Shown: positions 12,784 to 21,997, numbered from the stretch's first letter. The stretch is 29,215 nt of DNA from Methanoregula sp. (GCA_039698055.1 JBDKTL010000012.1:1-29215), one strand, 5' to 3'. The notes: generated from the letters alone by a model not told the origin. A program made the numbers and translations.

Positions 12784-13629
12784 ATGGGTATCATTCTCGA
12801 CGGAAAAAAGGTATCGGAAACACGGCTCGGGCGCTTAAAGGAAGCGATTGGTGCGTCCGGGCTGCACCCCCGGCTTGCAACCGTGATCGCAGGGAGCGAT
12901 CCTGCTTCCCGGATGTACGTGCGAATGAAACACCGGGCCTGCGAGCGGGTTGGCATCGGATCGGTGGGCATCGAACTGCCGGCTGATGCAACAACGCAGG
13001 TAGTGACCGATTCTATCGCCCGGCTCAACGAGGACCCGGATATCGATGGCATCCTCGTCCAGCTCCCCCTCCCAAAACCAATCGATACGGATCGCGTGAT
13101 TGCATCCGTGCAGACACACAAGGATGTCGACGGGTTTCACCCGGAAAACCTCGGGCTCCTTTTTTCCGGCAGGCCACGGTTCGCACCCTGTACTCCGCTT
13201 GGGATCATGACCCTGCTTGCGGAATACGATATCAGGCCGGCCGGTGCCCGTGTGGTTGTCCTCGGGCGGAGCATCGATGTCGGCCGGCCGATGGCGGCAC
13301 TCCTGACCAATGCGGACGCAACGGTGACAACCTGCCACAGCAAAACCAAAAATCTCACTGAAGAGATACAACGGGCAGACATCCTCGTGTCAGCGATAGG
13401 TAAACCCCTTTTTGTCAAAGTGGCGAGGGTAAAACCCGGTGCCGTTGTCATCGATGTCGGCATCAACCAGCTGAACGGGAAACTGGTCGGCGACGTGGAT
13501 TTTGATGCGGTCAAAGAGATCGCGTCTGCCATCACGCCGGTTCCGGGCGGGGTTGGCCCGATGACCATCGCAACGCTCATGGAGAACACGTTCACTGCGG
13601 CGAAGTTGAGATCATGCAACCCTGCCTGA
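12784..13629 (+). CDS. folD: Methylene-THF dehydrogenase/cyclohydrolase (alternative starts 12766, 12778)
   Basis: [46 protein letters not shown]. Confidence 0.98.
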   Translation: MGIILDGKKVSETRLGRLKEAIGASGLHPRLATVIAGSDPASRMYVRMKHRACERVGIGSVGIELPADATTQVVTDSIARLNEDPDIDGILVQLPLPKPIDTDRVIASVQTHKDVDGFHPENLGLLFSGRPRFAPCTPLGIMTLLAEYDIRPAGARVVVLGRSIDVGRPMAALLTNADATVTTCHSKTKNLTEEIQRADILVSAIGKPLFVKVARVKPGAVVIDVGINQLNGKLVGDVDFDAVKEIASAITPVPGGVGPMTIATLMENTFTAAKLRSCNPA

Positions 13630-14426
13630 TTAACAAAATAGCGGTCGGGGGTTCTGCTCCCGTACGCCTCATGGGTGTCATCAACTGCAGCCCGGAATCG
13701 TTCTATACCGACTCGTTTGTCCCCACCAATGAAGTCCATAAAAAGGCCGTGGAGATGATCGAGCAGGGTGCAGATATGGTCGATATCGGCGCCCGGAGCA
13801 CAGCACCGAACGCTCAGGCGATCAGTGGGAGCGAAGAGGGCTCCCGTATGGAAGCCGCGTTAAAGGAGCTCGATGGGAGCGGTATCACTGTATCGGTGGA
13901 CACGATGCACCCGGGCGTGCTGGATATCTGCTTACGACATGAGATCCACGCGATCAATGATATTGCCGGGCTGATGTCCCCGGCATATGCAAAAAAGGCC
14001 GGGGATTCCGGGCTGCCGGCGTTTGTAATGGCATCCCGGGCACAGCCGGGCGATGCCGTGGGCGTTGACGAGACCCGTGCGGCCCTTGAACTGGTCATGC
14101 GGCGGTGCGAAGAGGCAGGAGTGAACGAATACGTGCTCGATCCCGGAATCGGGATGTGGACTCCTGCCCGTTCACCGGACAATGACTGGGACCTGTGCCG
14201 GCATTTCGAAACGTTTCAGGCTTTGGATCGCCCGCTTCTTGCGGCAGTATCACGCAAGACGTTTATCGGCGAACTGCTCAAACGGGAGCCGATCGACCGT
14301 CTGTATGGATCTATTGGCGTCACGATGATGATCCTGGAGAAAGGTGCATGCATCGTGCGGACGCATGACGTCAAAGAGACAAAAGATGCGATCCGGGTGT
14401 TCGAGCGCATGGGAAAGACCCCATGA
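13614..14426 (+). CDS. folP: Dihydropteroate synthase
   Basis: [45 protein letters not shown]. Overlaps folD. Confidence 0.95.
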   Translation: MQPCLINKIAVGGSAPVRLMGVINCSPESFYTDSFVPTNEVHKKAVEMIEQGADMVDIGARSTAPNAQAISGSEEGSRMEAALKELDGSGITVSVDTMHPGVLDICLRHEIHAINDIAGLMSPAYAKKAGDSGLPAFVMASRAQPGDAVGVDETRAALELVMRRCEEAGVNEYVLDPGIGMWTPARSPDNDWDLCRHFETFQALDRPLLAAVSRKTFIGELLKREPIDRLYGSIGVTMMILEKGACIVRTHDVKETKDAIRVFERMGKTP

Positions 14427-15199
14427 AAAGCTCCTTTTCAGTATTCGGGCTTCCGACCGGCATTATCACCTCAGGGGAGTCCATCGCCGGGCGGGTCGTC
14501 AAAGCAGCCCTGCGGGAATGCGGGGGATTTGAAGACGACGATATTCTGGTGCTCGCAGAGACTGCGGTAGCGACAGCGGAAGGAAATATCGTCCGGCTTT
14601 CCACGATTACACCCTCGAGTCGGGCACAGGAACTGGCGGAGAAATACCAGATGGACCCCCGGACGGCTGAGGTCGTCCTCAAAGAGAGCGATTCCATTGT
14701 CGGGGGCATCCCCGGTTTCCTGCTGAGCATGAAAAACGGCACCCTGCTCCCGAACGCCGGCGTCGATGCCTCAAATGCCCCACTGGGGTGCGTTACGCCC
14801 CTGCCGGTGGATCCGGACCTGAGCGCAGTTACCATCAGGGATAAGGTAAAAGAGCTGACCGGCAAAACAATCGCAGTGATTATTGCCGACAGCCGCACTC
14901 ATGCGATGCGCCTTGGGTGCAGCGGTGTTGCAATCGGCTGTGCCGGGATCCCGTCAGTCCTCGATGACCGGGGCAGGAGCGACCTGTTCGGGCGCAAACT
15001 TGAGGTGACAAAACGGGCAGTTGCCGACAATATCGCATCGGCTGCCGAACTGGTTATGGGTGAAGCGGATGAGTGCACACCTGCCGCGATTGTACGGGGG
15101 CTCGGGCTTCCTCTCGGGGATCATACCGGTGTCGAGACGATTGACGCAACGGAATGCCTGTTCATGGGTGTGTTCCGGAACAGCCGGGCTGACTGGTAA
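14423..15199 (+). CDS. cofE: CofE-family gamma-glutamyl ligase (F420-0:glutamate ligase or folylpolyglutamate synthase-like paralog)
   Basis: NAGVDASN, PVDPD, IIADS, DDRGRSDLFGRKL, VADNIASAAELVMGEADE..P. ATGA overlap with folP. Confidence 0.9.
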   Translation: MKSSFSVFGLPTGIITSGESIAGRVVKAALRECGGFEDDDILVLAETAVATAEGNIVRLSTITPSSRAQELAEKYQMDPRTAEVVLKESDSIVGGIPGFLLSMKNGTLLPNAGVDASNAPLGCVTPLPVDPDLSAVTIRDKVKELTGKTIAVIIADSRTHAMRLGCSGVAIGCAGIPSVLDDRGRSDLFGRKLEVTKRAVADNIASAAELVMGEADECTPAAIVRGLGLPLGDHTGVETIDATECLFMGVFRNSRADW

Positions 15200-15203
15200 G
15201 GGA

Positions 15204-15211
15204 TTTTTTTT
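15204..15211 (+). terminator. Oligo-T archaeal terminator of the glyA-folD-folP-cofE operon
   Basis: T8 run 4 bp after the cofE stop codon. Confidence 0.5.
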
Positions 15212-15336
15212 AGGAAAACTTTGTTTTCAGGCAATTTCCCTTTCGCGTCTTTAATAGGATCTAGAAAATGATATCATTCAGATTTGCCGTGGGATGTGGA
15301 AATGAAAATTAATCGATACGGATAATTGTCCTCCAA

Positions 15337-15477
15337 CTACGCAATTACCTTCACCACCGCCCCAGCCAGCCGCCCCTGCATTCCCACCCTTTCTTTCAGT
15401 TGTGATTCAAGGGCATCGCACAACGCCATAAGCGCATCAACCTTCGCAACGATGTGGTGGTGTTCGGCGAGCGGGGG
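15337..15477 (-). pseudogene. hsdS: 3' remnant of type I R-M specificity subunit (copy 1)
   Basis: Translates PPLAEHHHIVAKVDALMALCDALESQLKERVGMQGRLAGAVVKVIA*, the HsdS conserved PPLxEQxxIV helix. There is no upstream target-recognition domain. Confidence 0.85.
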
Positions 15478-15605
15478 TTGGCAGGAGTTTTTATGTTGTG
15501 CACACTAATAATATTGCATAAAGAAGGGTTCTGCCAGACGGAACCTGTTGGAATGAAACAAGGGTGAAATTACGATATAAATTTCATCAGTCTCTATGAG
15601 AATTT

Positions 15606-15695
15606 GCAAAAACTTTATAAGATTTTGAATGAATGTATATGTGTTATACCCGCTACCGTCCTGACACTTCTTGGGACGGTAGTTTCTTCTTCTTA
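15606..15695 (+). promoter_or_regulatory. BRE/TATA promoter of the NYN gene plus leader hairpin and pyrimidine tract
   Basis: GCAAAAAC-TTTATAA (15606-15620). Stem CTACCGTCC (15653-15661)/GGACGGTAG (15674-15682) is followed by TTTCTTCTTCTT. Confidence 0.65.
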
Positions 15696-15714
15696 GGTTG
15701 TTTATTGTAAATTA

Positions 15715-16242
15715 ATGACTGGCCGCGTCGCTGTTTTTATTGATAATGGTTATTTATCAAAGGCCCTGAATGATGGTATAAAAATCGACTTCGTAAAATT
15801 TTGTGATACTGTCTGTGGTGATAAAGAACGCCTCAGGACATATTTTTACGACTGTAAACCGTACAAAAGTGAACCCCCGACGGAAGAAGAAAAAATCAAA
15901 TCCAGCCAGTATGATAAATTTGCCAATAAGATAGAAGCTCTTCCACGGTTCCAGATGCGGTTTGGTAAATTGCGCAAGAACAGAGATGGGACATACGAAC
16001 AGAAGCGTGTCGATATCCTTCTCGCCGTAGAGTTAGTCCGGTTGAGCTGGTCAGGCCAGATACAATATGCAGTCATTGTAACCGGCGACAGCGATTTTGT
16101 TCCGGCAATTGAGGCTGCGAAAGATGCAGGGGTTATAACGAAATTGTATTATTCCCGTCGATCTGTTCATGACGAACTCCTTTCTGCTGTGGATGAGCGA
16201 TGCGAAATGGATCAGGCTTTCTTTGACATGGTCAAGCGGTGA
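15715..16242 (+). CDS. NYN-domain (LabA/DUF88, PIN-like) putative ribonuclease
   Basis: VFIDNGYL, EQKRVDILLAVE and VTGDSDFVPAI acidic motifs. Visibly AT-richer than the flanking genes. Confidence 0.93.
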   Translation: MTGRVAVFIDNGYLSKALNDGIKIDFVKFCDTVCGDKERLRTYFYDCKPYKSEPPTEEEKIKSSQYDKFANKIEALPRFQMRFGKLRKNRDGTYEQKRVDILLAVELVRLSWSGQIQYAVIVTGDSDFVPAIEAAKDAGVITKLYYSRRSVHDELLSAVDERCEMDQAFFDMVKR

Positions 16243-16318
16243 AAACGGAATCATCGAATAAAAATCACTCGAAATAATCTATTTTTTTAGAGACCCGCAT
16301 ATGCCACTCTTTATATCC

Positions 16319-16499
16319 CCCCACCTGCTTCACCACCGCCCCCGCCAGCCGCCCCTGCACTCCCGCCCTTTCTTTCAGTTGTGATTCAAGGGCATCGCAC
16401 AACGCCATAAGCGCATCAACCTTCGCGACGATCCGGTACTGTTCTGCAAGAGGGGGGAGGGAAACCGGGATTGTTAAGAGATCGTTTTGGGAAATGCTC
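16319..16499 (-). pseudogene. hsdS: 3' remnant of type I R-M specificity subunit (copy 2)
   Basis: Translates SISQNDLLTIPVSLPPLAEQYRIVAKVDALMALCDALESQLKERAGVQGRLAGAVVKQVG. It is immediately preceded by an in-frame TAG and has no TRD. Confidence 0.88.
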
Positions 16500-16632
16500 T
16501 ATAATAATATTCGTTAGATACGTGGCTTTAAACCCCAAGTATCAGTTCTAGCAAGACTTTGGGTGAAGAATGGGGTTTTAGGTGCAAAGCCCCTTCACCA
16601 AGAATCCATCCCTTTGTAAAAAAAAGATCTCT

Positions 16633-17007
16633 CTAATTTTCCGTTGTAACCGTGTAGCTTGAGTTATACTGGCAGTCGAGATCGGAAAATTCTGAAAACG
16701 ACCACCGTTCAATCCGTTTTTCCACGGGGTTCATGACCGGGATATCGATCGTTGTGGACTGGGGATGGCAGTAAAGGGTCAGGGGGAGCAGGTTTACCGT
16801 CAGTTCGACATTGTAAAAGGTCGTATTGGTGGGGTTTTCCACACGGAAATCAGCGGTATAGACATCGAACGAGCCCGCGGTCACGGTCGTGATATCGCCG
16901 ACATCGGGCTCAGTGATCTTGATATTGGTATTCTGTGTTTTTGACACGCAGCCGGCACAAACCAGCAGCATAACCAGTACTACCAGGAGAGCGGAGACAT
17001 ATTTCAT
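16633..17007 (-). CDS. Hypothetical exported lipoprotein
   Basis: Signal peptide MKYVSALLVVLVMLLVCAGC with lipobox-like AGC. The mature part is beta-rich with two further Cys. Confidence 0.85.
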   Translation of the reverse strand: MKYVSALLVVLVMLLVCAGCVSKTQNTNIKITEPDVGDITTVTAGSFDVYTADFRVENPTNTTFYNVELTVNLLPLTLYCHPQSTTIDIPVMNPVEKRIERWSFSEFSDLDCQYNSSYTVTTEN

Positions 17008-17111
17008 TGCATCGCGCCAGCATGAGGGTTTGGATCGTTATAGAGCATTTTTTTCACCAGCGGTTAATCAAAGGGCCGCGTATCCCCGCAGGCAATGACA
17101 CCGGCAGCCGG

Positions 17112-17546
17112 TCACTTGACGACCAGCACCTTGCACTGCGCTGACCGTATCACCGACTCTGCGACGCTCCCGAGCAGCAGGCGCTCCAGCCCTTTTTTCC
17201 CATGGGAGCCGATCACGAGCAGGTCGACCTTTTTTTCATGCGCCAGTTTCACGATCTCTGGTGCGGGGGTGCCTTCAAGAACCGACATTTCCACCGCCAC
17301 ATCCCCGGCGAGGGCCTTCACCCGCGACAGCGCCTGGCTGCCCTCTTCCTGGAGCATGTGGTAGGTATCCCCCAGCGGGAGTTCCCCCGACGTCGAAGAG
17401 AACGCGCTCATATCGATAACGTACACCGCATAGACAGTTGACCCGCACGCACGGGCGATCCGAAGTCCCTCATCCAGAGCGGACCGGTTTTTCTCTGAAC
17501 CGTCCGTAGCTATCAGGATTTTCCCAAACAACGCCTTTTCCGTCAT
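17112..17546 (-). CDS. Universal stress protein
   Basis: KILIATDGS, G.PAPEI, DLLVIGSHGKKG..RLLLGSVAESV. GAGGTG ribosome-binding site before the ATG at 17546. Confidence 0.97.
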   Translation of the reverse strand: MTEKALFGKILIATDGSEKNRSALDEGLRIARACGSTVYAVYVIDMSAFSSTSGELPLGDTYHMLQEEGSQALSRVKALAGDVAVEMSVLEGTPAPEIVKLAHEKKVDLLVIGSHGKKGLERLLLGSVAESVIRSAQCKVLVVK

Positions 17547-17578
17547 AGATTCACACCTCTGCACGGGGCATATACATC

Positions 17579-19369
17579 CTACTTTGCATGCTCTCCCGAT
17601 ACCTGTTGCGATCCGGCAGCGGGACGGCGATCCTTCTCTGCCCCGTCAAGTTCTTGCACGTACTTCTCTCCCCGCATCATGCAGAACAGCGCCGCAACAA
17701 ACGAGAGTCCCGCACCGATGTAAAACGAGAGGGCAAGTGACGGCATGAATGCCTGTGCAAGCATCGTCGGGAACCAGATGCTCCCGGTCAGCGTTGCAAG
17801 GGTAGCCGGGGCGACCGCAACCAGCAGAGCCGGCGACATTCCGGAAAGGATCATCTGGACCGGGTTATAGCCAAGGAACGCGGCAAACAGCGCACCGGTG
17901 GGGGATATGGTGCTCATCGCGGGGACAAGCTGGACTGCCCCGGCGCTTGTCAGGCCTGCTGAAAGTGCGTGGGGAAACTCACGGGTGAGGCCAAACACAA
18001 TGATCGTAAAGAACATGCCCATACTCAGGACAAACCCGGAGTTCATCAGCGTCGACATCATGCCGGAAGTGACACCACGCTCGGCAGGGGGAACAGAGTT
18101 CATGATCGCCGCAGCATTTGGCGAACTGAACATGCCGTTTCCAAGGCCCATGATCAGGAGCGCGAGTGCAAAGGGCAGGTAGTCGAAATTGTAGGGAAGA
18201 ATCGCAAGGATCAGGAACGATATCCCGACGAGCACCATCCCGAATGTGCTTATCCAGCGGGCACCATACCGGTCGGAAATGATGCCGGAGAGCGGGCCCA
18301 TGATCACAAACCCGATGGTCAAAGGCAGCATGTAGACGCCGGCCCAGAACGGTGTCGATTCAAAGCTGTAGCCATGCAGCGGCAGCCAGATCCCCTGCAG
18401 GAGAATGATGAGGATGACCATCACCCCGCCCCGGGCAAGGGCAGAGAGAAAACCGGCCGCGTTCCCGTAGGCAAAATTCCGGATTTTAAAAAGGTCAATC
18501 CGGAACATCGGGTTCTGTACCCTGCTCTCGATAAGGGGAAATGCAGCAAGGAGTATGACCCCGGCGACCAGCGATGCGATGACAAGGGGATTGCCCCATC
18601 CCATGGAAGAGTCGCCGTACGGCACCAGTGCGTACGTGATGCCGATCAGCAGGATCGTCAGGCCGCCAATGAAGGTGATATTGCCCCAGATGTCGATCTT
18701 CTGTGGCCGTCTCTCAAAGGCGGGCTCTTTAAGTTTGAGAAATGCCCAGATGGTGCCAATTACCCCAAACGGCACGCTGATAAGAAACACGTACCGCCAG
18801 TGGAAGACAGCGAGGATGCCCCCAATCAGCAGGCCGATAAACTGGCCCGAGAGCGCGGCAACCTGGTTGAGCCCGAGCGCCTTTCCCCGCTCATCCGGCG
18901 GGAAGGCATCGGTGAGGATCGCGGCGCTGTTGGAGAAGATGAACGCCGCCCCGATTGCCTGGATGATACGGAATATAATCAACTCGATGGCGCCGGTATT
19001 GCCGGTATCGGGCGTGAGAAAGAGGAGAAGAGAGCCAACAGTAAAGATCCCAAACCCGATGTTGTACAGCCTTACTCTCCCGTACATGTCCGAGAGCCGG
19101 CCGAAACTGAGCAGGAGCGTGGCAGTAACAATCCCGTACCCCATCAGGATCCAGAGCAGGTACTGGAATGAGGTGAGCGGGTCGATATGGATGCCATTAA
19201 AGATTGCCGGGAGAGAGATGAGGATGATGCTCCCGTTGACGGCGGCCATGAACATGGCAATTGTCGTGTTCGAGAGCGCCACCCATTTGTAACTGGTGCT
19301 TTTGCCTTCGGGTCCTGCGGCACCGCCGGCCTGAGTCTCATGGGATGTTGTCGTTTCCAAGATAATCAC
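17579..19369 (-). CDS. MFS transporter, DHA2/EmrB-like (14 TM)
   Basis: Motif [10 protein letters not shown] and [35 protein letters not shown], and many hydrophobic helices. The start codon is uncertain. Confidence 0.95.
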   Translation of the reverse strand: MIILETTTSHETQAGGAAGPEGKSTSYKWVALSNTTIAMFMAAVNGSIILISLPAIFNGIHIDPLTSFQYLLWILMGYGIVTATLLLSFGRLSDMYGRVRLYNIGFGIFTVGSLLLFLTPDTGNTGAIELIIFRIIQAIGAAFIFSNSAAILTDAFPPDERGKALGLNQVAALSGQFIGLLIGGILAVFHWRYVFLISVPFGVIGTIWAFLKLKEPAFERRPQKIDIWGNITFIGGLTILLIGITYALVPYGDSSMGWGNPLVIASLVAGVILLAAFPLIESRVQNPMFRIDLFKIRNFAYGNAAGFLSALARGGVMVILIILLQGIWLPLHGYSFESTPFWAGVYMLPLTIGFVIMGPLSGIISDRYGARWISTFGMVLVGISFLILAILPYNFDYLPFALALLIMGLGNGMFSSPNAAAIMNSVPPAERGVTSGMMSTLMNSGFVLSMGMFFTIIVFGLTREFPHALSAGLTSAGAVQLVPAMSTISPTGALFAAFLGYNPVQMILSGMSPALLVAVAPATLATLTGSIWFPTMLAQAFMPSLALSFYIGAGLSFVAALFCMMRGEKYVQELDGAEKDRRPAAGSQQVSGEHAK

Positions 19370-19582
19370 CGGATAGAATGGTCAAGGATAAAAATACTGC
19401 GGGCACATCCCACACCACGTGAGATGGTTCCCGGTTGGTTTTCTTAGATCATTGCAGATGTACTAGTATTTGGACTCTTTTGGCAATAACAGGAACCGTA
19501 AAAAAATGCAGGAGTCAATAAAAAAAACAGGTCTTTTTCATAAAGACAGTGAGGGGAGGATAACTGACGACGATTTCACGGG

Positions 19583-20230
19583 TTACGGGGCGGCAGTGCC
19601 CGGGTGGTTTTTCCTCTCAATACCCACCCGCCCTTTTTCAACCACAAGGGCGCACCCGAGTTCTTCGAGATATTTCCTGCTCTTTCCCGATCCATGGATC
19701 AGGAGCTCCGCCAGGTCTTCTTTTTCGTCGATGTCGGTGTGCAGCCGGAATGAATCTATCACTTCGCAGGAAAGCCCGGCTTCCTCTGCGATCTTCATGT
19801 GCCGCGCAAAACTCGTGCCGTAATATTCCACGTGGAACCGGGCAGGATCCTTAATGAAAATTACGTTCGTCCCGCCGCCCCGTCCCGGGACGATTGCCAT
19901 ATCGCTTTCCGTTTTTATGACACGCCGTATCGCATCGCCCGTCGCAAGGGGCAGGTCGGCCATCAGGATCAGGGTTGGTCCCGTTGCCTGCGGGAGGATC
20001 TCATTGAGCGACTGGTTTAAGTCTGCATCGGCAATCGTCACCTGGATAAGATCGCTGTCAAAAAGATCCGTTGCCACGATAACCGGACTACAGTTCGCAT
20101 CTTTTACCGCATCCACGACATCGTCGAGCATGGCCCGGGCAAGAGTCTCACGCTCGTCCTGGCTGAACAGGCAGGACAGGCGGGTCTTGGGGTTGGCAGG
20201 TTTATAGGGGATCAGCGCGTGAGGACACAT
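19583..20230 (-). CDS. cofC: 2-phospho-L-lactate/PEP guanylyltransferase
   Basis: IPYK..NPKTRLS, AMLDDV, MADLPL, PGRGGGTN, YYGTSFARH, DIDEKEDL. Confidence 0.95.
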   Translation of the reverse strand: MCPHALIPYKPANPKTRLSCLFSQDERETLARAMLDDVVDAVKDANCSPVIVATDLFDSDLIQVTIADADLNQSLNEILPQATGPTLILMADLPLATGDAIRRVIKTESDMAIVPGRGGGTNVIFIKDPARFHVEYYGTSFARHMKIAEEAGLSCEVIDSFRLHTDIDEKEDLAELLIHGSGKSRKYLEELGCALVVEKGRVGIERKNHPGTAAP

Positions 20231-20330
20231 GACACACCGTGGTATGCGTGATAATCAAAAAAAGATGCTGATAAGTACATGGGGAAAAAAACCCTGCATT
20301 TAACATCTCCGGCATGAAAAATTAAAAGCA

Positions 20331-20810
20331 ATGGAAGACCTGACCTTCACGATACAGGAAATGCCGGAGAAGACCGTTATGGGTATCGGGCGCCGGACCT
20401 GCAATGCCGACGGCAAAAGTGTTGAGGACATACCTGCCTGCTGGCAGGAGTTCCTTGCCACAAAAGCGGCAGCAAAAATCCGGCATCGCGCCATGCCGCC
20501 ATCGATGTTAGCGGTCTATTCACACTATGACAGCGACTGGAAGGGCGAATATTCGTATCTTATCGGGTGCGGGGTAACAAAGGTGGACGGGGTCCCAAAA
20601 GGCATGACCGTTGAAAAGATCCCGGCCCAGAAATATGCGGTGTTCCCTGCACGGGGCCCCATGCCGGACGCCGTTATTGGCGTCTGGGCGACCATCTGGG
20701 GATCGGACCTGCCCCGCACGTATAGTGCCGATTTCGAAGTATATGATTCCCGGTTCACCCATAAAACCAACCCGGAAGTGGACGTTTACGTCGGGGTCAG
20801 GGACGAATAA
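20331..20810 (+). CDS. GyrI-like (Cass2/AraC effector-binding) small-molecule-binding protein
   Basis: GIGRRTCN, IPACWQEF, AVYSHYDSD..GEYSYLIG, IPAQKYAVF, WATIW, RTYSADFEVY. Has no HTH. Confidence 0.9.
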   Translation: MEDLTFTIQEMPEKTVMGIGRRTCNADGKSVEDIPACWQEFLATKAAAKIRHRAMPPSMLAVYSHYDSDWKGEYSYLIGCGVTKVDGVPKGMTVEKIPAQKYAVFPARGPMPDAVIGVWATIWGSDLPRTYSADFEVYDSRFTHKTNPEVDVYVGVRDE

Positions 20811-20832
20811 TTTTTAGGAAAAATCGTTTTTC

Positions 20833-21864
20833 TTAGCGCCGGAAATAGTCCGGAGGTATCCGAAGTTCGAACCGGGCACCGGTACCGGGTGTGCCGGTTT
20901 CGGTCAGGGTGATACCGGTAACGGCGAGGATTTCCCGTGCAAGGAATAACCCCCACCCGGTATTTTCGCCAAACCCCCGGTCGAAAATCTTTTCTTTGTT
21001 CTCCGCAGCGATGCCGACACCGTCGTCTTCTACGACAAGCACCGGGGCACCGGGTTCTTCTTTTAAAAACAGATGAACCACGGTTGCTTTTCCCCCAAAC
21101 CGGATCGTGTTGTCGATCATGGACGCGATCGCTTTTTCAAACAGGAGATCGGCAAACACCGCAGCTTCGCCGCAGGAATCTTCAATCCGGATCGATTTGA
21201 GGTCGTACGTATCAATGGCCCGGTGGATAACGGAGCTGATCTTCTGCCACTGGGGCGGCTCGGTCCCAATGTTCTGGTAATCCTTGGCATACTGGAACTT
21301 CAGGCGTATCTTGTTAAGTGCAGCGCGTTCCTTGTCGATAAACGACCGTTCCTTGGGGTCTGTGACCGTCATTTCCAGAAGCTCGGTATAGCCGACGACT
21401 GCCGTCAGCTGGTTCTGGACATCGTGGCGGGTGACGCCGCCGACTATTTCGAGTTTTTTCTCAAGAAACAGAACCTTCTGGTCCATAAAGCTCGCTGCTA
21501 TGGTTCTTTCGATAACCCGGTGCAGCACCGGATACCAACCCTGGACAGGCCCGGTGATTGAAAGGTAAACGGGGCGGGGGTGTTCGAGGATCGCTGCCGC
21601 CACCAGCGGATCGGCGATTTCTGCGACAACGATCACCGGGATATCTGTCCCCTGCGCTTCAAGCGAGGCGATAAGTGCGAGCCCGCTCTGCCCGTGTGCG
21701 TCATCAAAAAGAACAATGGCATCGGGTTTTTGCAGGGTCATATCGCCGGGGGACGGCCCGGGCCCGTCAGACACACGCACATGGTACCCTCCGGTGGTAC
21801 TCAGATACCGTTCTGTTCCGGTGCGCCGCCCGGTGTCAGGGTCAATAAGGAATACCGAAGTCAT
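20833..21864 (-). CDS. Histidine kinase with N-terminal degenerate receiver domain
   Basis: H-box TRHDVQNQLT, N-box IDNTIRFG, G1 EDDGVGI, F/G2 IFDRGFGENTGWGL. The N-terminal region has REC-like spacing (FLIDPD...PDAIVLF...DIPVIVV). Confidence 0.9.
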   Translation of the reverse strand: MTSVFLIDPDTGRRTGTERYLSTTGGYHVRVSDGPGPSPGDMTLQKPDAIVLFDDAHGQSGLALIASLEAQGTDIPVIVVAEIADPLVAAAILEHPRPVYLSITGPVQGWYPVLHRVIERTIAASFMDQKVLFLEKKLEIVGGVTRHDVQNQLTAVVGYTELLEMTVTDPKERSFIDKERAALNKIRLKFQYAKDYQNIGTEPPQWQKISSVIHRAIDTYDLKSIRIEDSCGEAAVFADLLFEKAIASMIDNTIRFGGKATVVHLFLKEEPGAPVLVVEDDGVGIAAENKEKIFDRGFGENTGWGLFLAREILAVTGITLTETGTPGTGARFELRIPPDYFRR

Positions 21865-21997
21865 GCAAGGTCAGGCCAATGTGCAATCTGATTTTATCTT
21901 TTTTCTTCATCCTTAAAAAATCCATGCGCCCGATTTTTTTTTTAATCGTCCCGTAAGTATCGCCATCTTTTAACAGGTACAGCAGATACATTTAGGC

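Larger units (their letters stand above)
15349..16456. repeat. 129-bp direct repeat pair (15349-15477 and 16328-16456) flanking the NYN gene
   Basis: Manual alignment gives 11 mismatches in 129 bp, no gaps, a 61-bp identical core and an offset of 979 bp. Confidence 0.95.

Noticed and set aside
15326-15508. 60-aa plus-strand ORF
   Set aside because: Antisense of the hsdS remnant, which gives the recognisable translation.
15349-16456. CRISPR array or tRNA-type att sites as the source of the direct repeats
   Set aside because: Only two copies, each 129 bp, protein-coding in origin, with no cas gene, integrase or tRNA nearby.
17969-19171. 400-aa plus-strand ORF
   Set aside because: Antisense shadow of the MFS transporter.
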